From positions 4,030,001-4,094,000 of the forward strand of contig CM102290.1 in the NCBI GenBank assembly GCA_046563655.1: a stretch of DNA of 64,000 nucleotides. Direction: 5' to 3'. The position numbers were made by a program, and so were the translations under genes. Each line of letters opens with the position of its first letter. The first letter of the stretch is position 1. The DNA is from Yuukianura sp. NJ FZ-2021 (Eukaryota). Under the pieces are notes generated by a model that did not search any database, was not told the origin of the DNA, and saw nothing but the letters and a program-made list of their open reading frames with translations. Positions 61,120 to 64,000 of this stretch are shown here, piece by piece.

Positions 61120-64000
61120 GTACGTTCACACCAATAACACTGCTCATTTGAATTGCCAATTTGTTTTTGTACGGTTTACTCATGGGGGAAGGGCGGATTT
61201 ACGCATAGTAGATTCTATTTAGGTATAAGTGTTAGTGAATTTACTGTTTCGAGATGCTATGAATTTTCCATCGAAATTCATCTAAAATGTGATTTTAAAA
61301 GTACTATAAAACGTTTGAAGAAGAAAATTTTACAGAACCAAATTTCTTATACAAAAATGTCAAATTCCAATGATGTTTCAAATATTTCCAATCGTTTTCT
61401 GAGAAATAACGTTTCCACCTAAAGTGTAAATCTTTCCATTTTATTTTCATACTCGACTATGTATTAGTGTTGGAAGTTTTTGTTTACTAGATCACAAATT
61501 TTCCGACCCCGGAATTTTTTTCTGGAAATTTTTGAAGAATTTTTCATATTCGTAGTTTCTTATTTCGTCAAGAAATATTTGCTCCCAACGTTTATTTTTT
61601 TTCCTGGACTTTGCGTACTTTCTTTTTATCAGTAGTTTTGTTTGGCACAAGATTTTAAACGCACTGGAACAATTTTGCATGACGTTTTTTTTTAAAGAAA
61701 TAATGATTTCTTTTGATTTCCATGAATAATAACAGGAATTTAATATGCCGTGTGAAATCATTATACCACTCTGTGTTTTCTGGGATAAGAGACAAGATGC
61801 GTTGGCACGAGGCATAGTACTTAGTACAAGAGGCGTATCTCCTTACCCATTACGACTAGGCACAACTTTTTGTCATCAAATATTATATTCCAACGGAGAT
61901 CTGGAAGCAATATTTGTGACACTTATTAAAAAAAATTGTTACGAGGACGAGGAAGCATTGATGCCGGAGAGGCGCCGTGCCCGTCAAGTTTTTGAGTCCT
62001 GTGATTAAGGGGTGGATAAAGTGCTAAACTATGCTTTTTGAATTTGAGTATTGATAGACAAAGGGCCTTACGCTCAGAGTTCTGTTTTTGATGGTGTTGA
62101 CTGAAGGGAAAGTGGGCAGGATGCTAACTTTTTTAAGATGTTCGGGAGAAAAGATCGGTGGAATTGAAGGGAGAGTTTGGTCAGAGTTGGGCGATTTGGC
62201 ATAAGCTGAATGAGTAAGGAGGGCGAGGCGTTTTATTTTATTACCCCTGGGGGCCACTTCTGGAGGTGTGAGATAAAATGGAAATGGCTCCGAGGTGTGA
62301 TGCATACATTTCCATATGATTACGAGCCTCAACGTCGTCGTTGAATGCTGGACGTAGCTCGAGACCGGCCTTTAAGTGGTAGTCGACCTAGCTCCGCTAC
62401 TTCTTGAAGATGACACGGAACAGTTGATAAAAATGTGGAAAATAAAGATGTGCAGGATACGTTGTTAGTTTGCCGGCCTCAAAAGTTTTTTTTTTACAAT
62501 TTCATGACAAAGAAAACTTTATATTCCGTTTTATTTTGCTGGAAGTTGCAGCATGGCTGGATTGCCAGCCGTAAGTTGCGACTGGTCCACTGTATGAGTT
62601 TGGATTGACACGGGTTCCTAGGGTGGCTACACTCTTGCTGAAGTTTGAATGTTGAACAGTACAAGAATTGACAAAGGATGTTCTAAGCTGTGTGCCTGGT
62701 GCTGGAGATAGAGCAATTGTCTTTTTAAAATAAGAATAGGAATTTGAAGTGCAGTAGTGCCATGGTTGGAATGACTTTTGAAAATTATAATTCAAAACAT
62801 GACTCGTTCCTGCACAAAAGCAGAGGGTTCCATTGTTCCGGCCGGCTAGGCCACCAGAAAGGCTACTTATCCTTACACCTTGTAAAGCACCTTGCATTCC
62901 ATTTTTTGAACTTCTCAGCAAATTTATTCCAAATACGACTTTGCCTCCAGGTTCCAGTGCTGTTTGACTGGAAGATAAAAATCAAAACGAGACAGGTTTA
63001 GAAAGCAGAGGCTCATTTTCTCAAATTTTGGTTGTCCTTTCCAGTAACAAGTAGAATTTTAACAATTGAAAATTCCTCTGAAATTTGGTGATTCAGCAAC
63101 TATACCTTAGGAATAGTGTGGAAATTTGTTGCTTTTTTTTGAATAACGTATTGGAGGAAACTGTTGGTTTGAGGGCGTAGGAAGTCGTTTGGGATGTGAG
63201 ATGAGTATTGGGAATTTACCGGTGGATGGAGTCGAGTAGTACCGTAAAGTTCCAAATAGTACATCACTTATACATTTCCTAATAGTACACCACCACCCAA
63301 ATGCTTTAAAGGGATTAGTAGATCACTAGCTTTACTATTTGGAACGTTACGGTATGTACTAGTTATTGGCGTACGAGCAGAAAGAAAGAGCGTACAGAGC
63401 CCAACTTCTGCTGGAATTCACTTGAATGGATTGGAGATGTGTGCTTACGGATTCCGGGAACCGGAGTGATTCTGTAAGTGGCGTTGGTGGGTAACAATGA
63501 GGAACCGGAAGAGATGGAGACTTGGTGGGCCTTTTGTTTGATATTGAGGCCAAGAGTATATAAGGACGGGGTAGAGGGGGCTGACGTTGACGGATCACAG
63601 TGTTCCTAAATTAAAACCCCCTTTGTCTCAACTTTTTCCATTCGTCATTCTCAGATTTTAATTGTGAAGGAAGAAGTGGGCTCTAAATTAATTCAGTTTC
63701 ACCTATTATTCTTACTCTTACACGCCAGACGACACATTTCACAACTTTCTAGGCTTCGACACGTCCTTTAAAAACATACTTTTTGTTCCGGACAACTCAG
63801 AAGTAGCAGGAGGGTTTTTTTCGTGTCAGAAATTGGGATTGACGGAAAACCGCCAAAGCGTTTCCTAACTTTTCATAAGTTTTTGCGTTTAGTCGAATGA
63901 AGGTACTGTAGGAATTCGGAGTACCAAAATTCATGGTCACGTCAGAAGAAAGTTAGCGTAGATTTTTTGCTATACTGATTGATAAAGTTGGGGCTCCAAA

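Overview
Eukaryotic, AT-rich, intron-containing arthropod DNA. Gene content and intron style suggest a hexapod, possibly a springtail; that is inference only. There are three protein-coding genes, all signalling components. (1) Suppressor of Hairless/CSL on the minus strand, ATG at 11164, running off the left edge, with a long low-complexity N-terminus and a probable alternative exon at 4172-4511. (2) A complete domeless-type (gp130-like) JAK/STAT cytokine receptor on the minus strand, 20 coding exons from 27742 to 17036, about 1200 aa by hand assembly with all splice phases consistent. (3) The 5' part of a latrophilin/Cirl adhesion GPCR on the plus strand (signal peptide at 55090, SUEL/rhamnose-type lectin exons at 59653-61119), apparently transcribed divergently from domeless through about 23 kb of 5' UTR introns. 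Non-coding highlights: a nested transposon (minisatellite inside a hAT-like element with an 8-bp TSD, inside a Tc1/pogo-like MITE with a TA TSD), two or three further MITEs, CSL-binding sites concentrated around the CSL gene itself, a CSL+STAT+HSE motif cluster between domeless and Su(H), STAT sites in the first domeless coding intron, and a perfect nuclear-receptor DR1. No RNA genes, CRISPR or prokaryotic systems were seen. All exon structures were read by eye, with no alignment tools.
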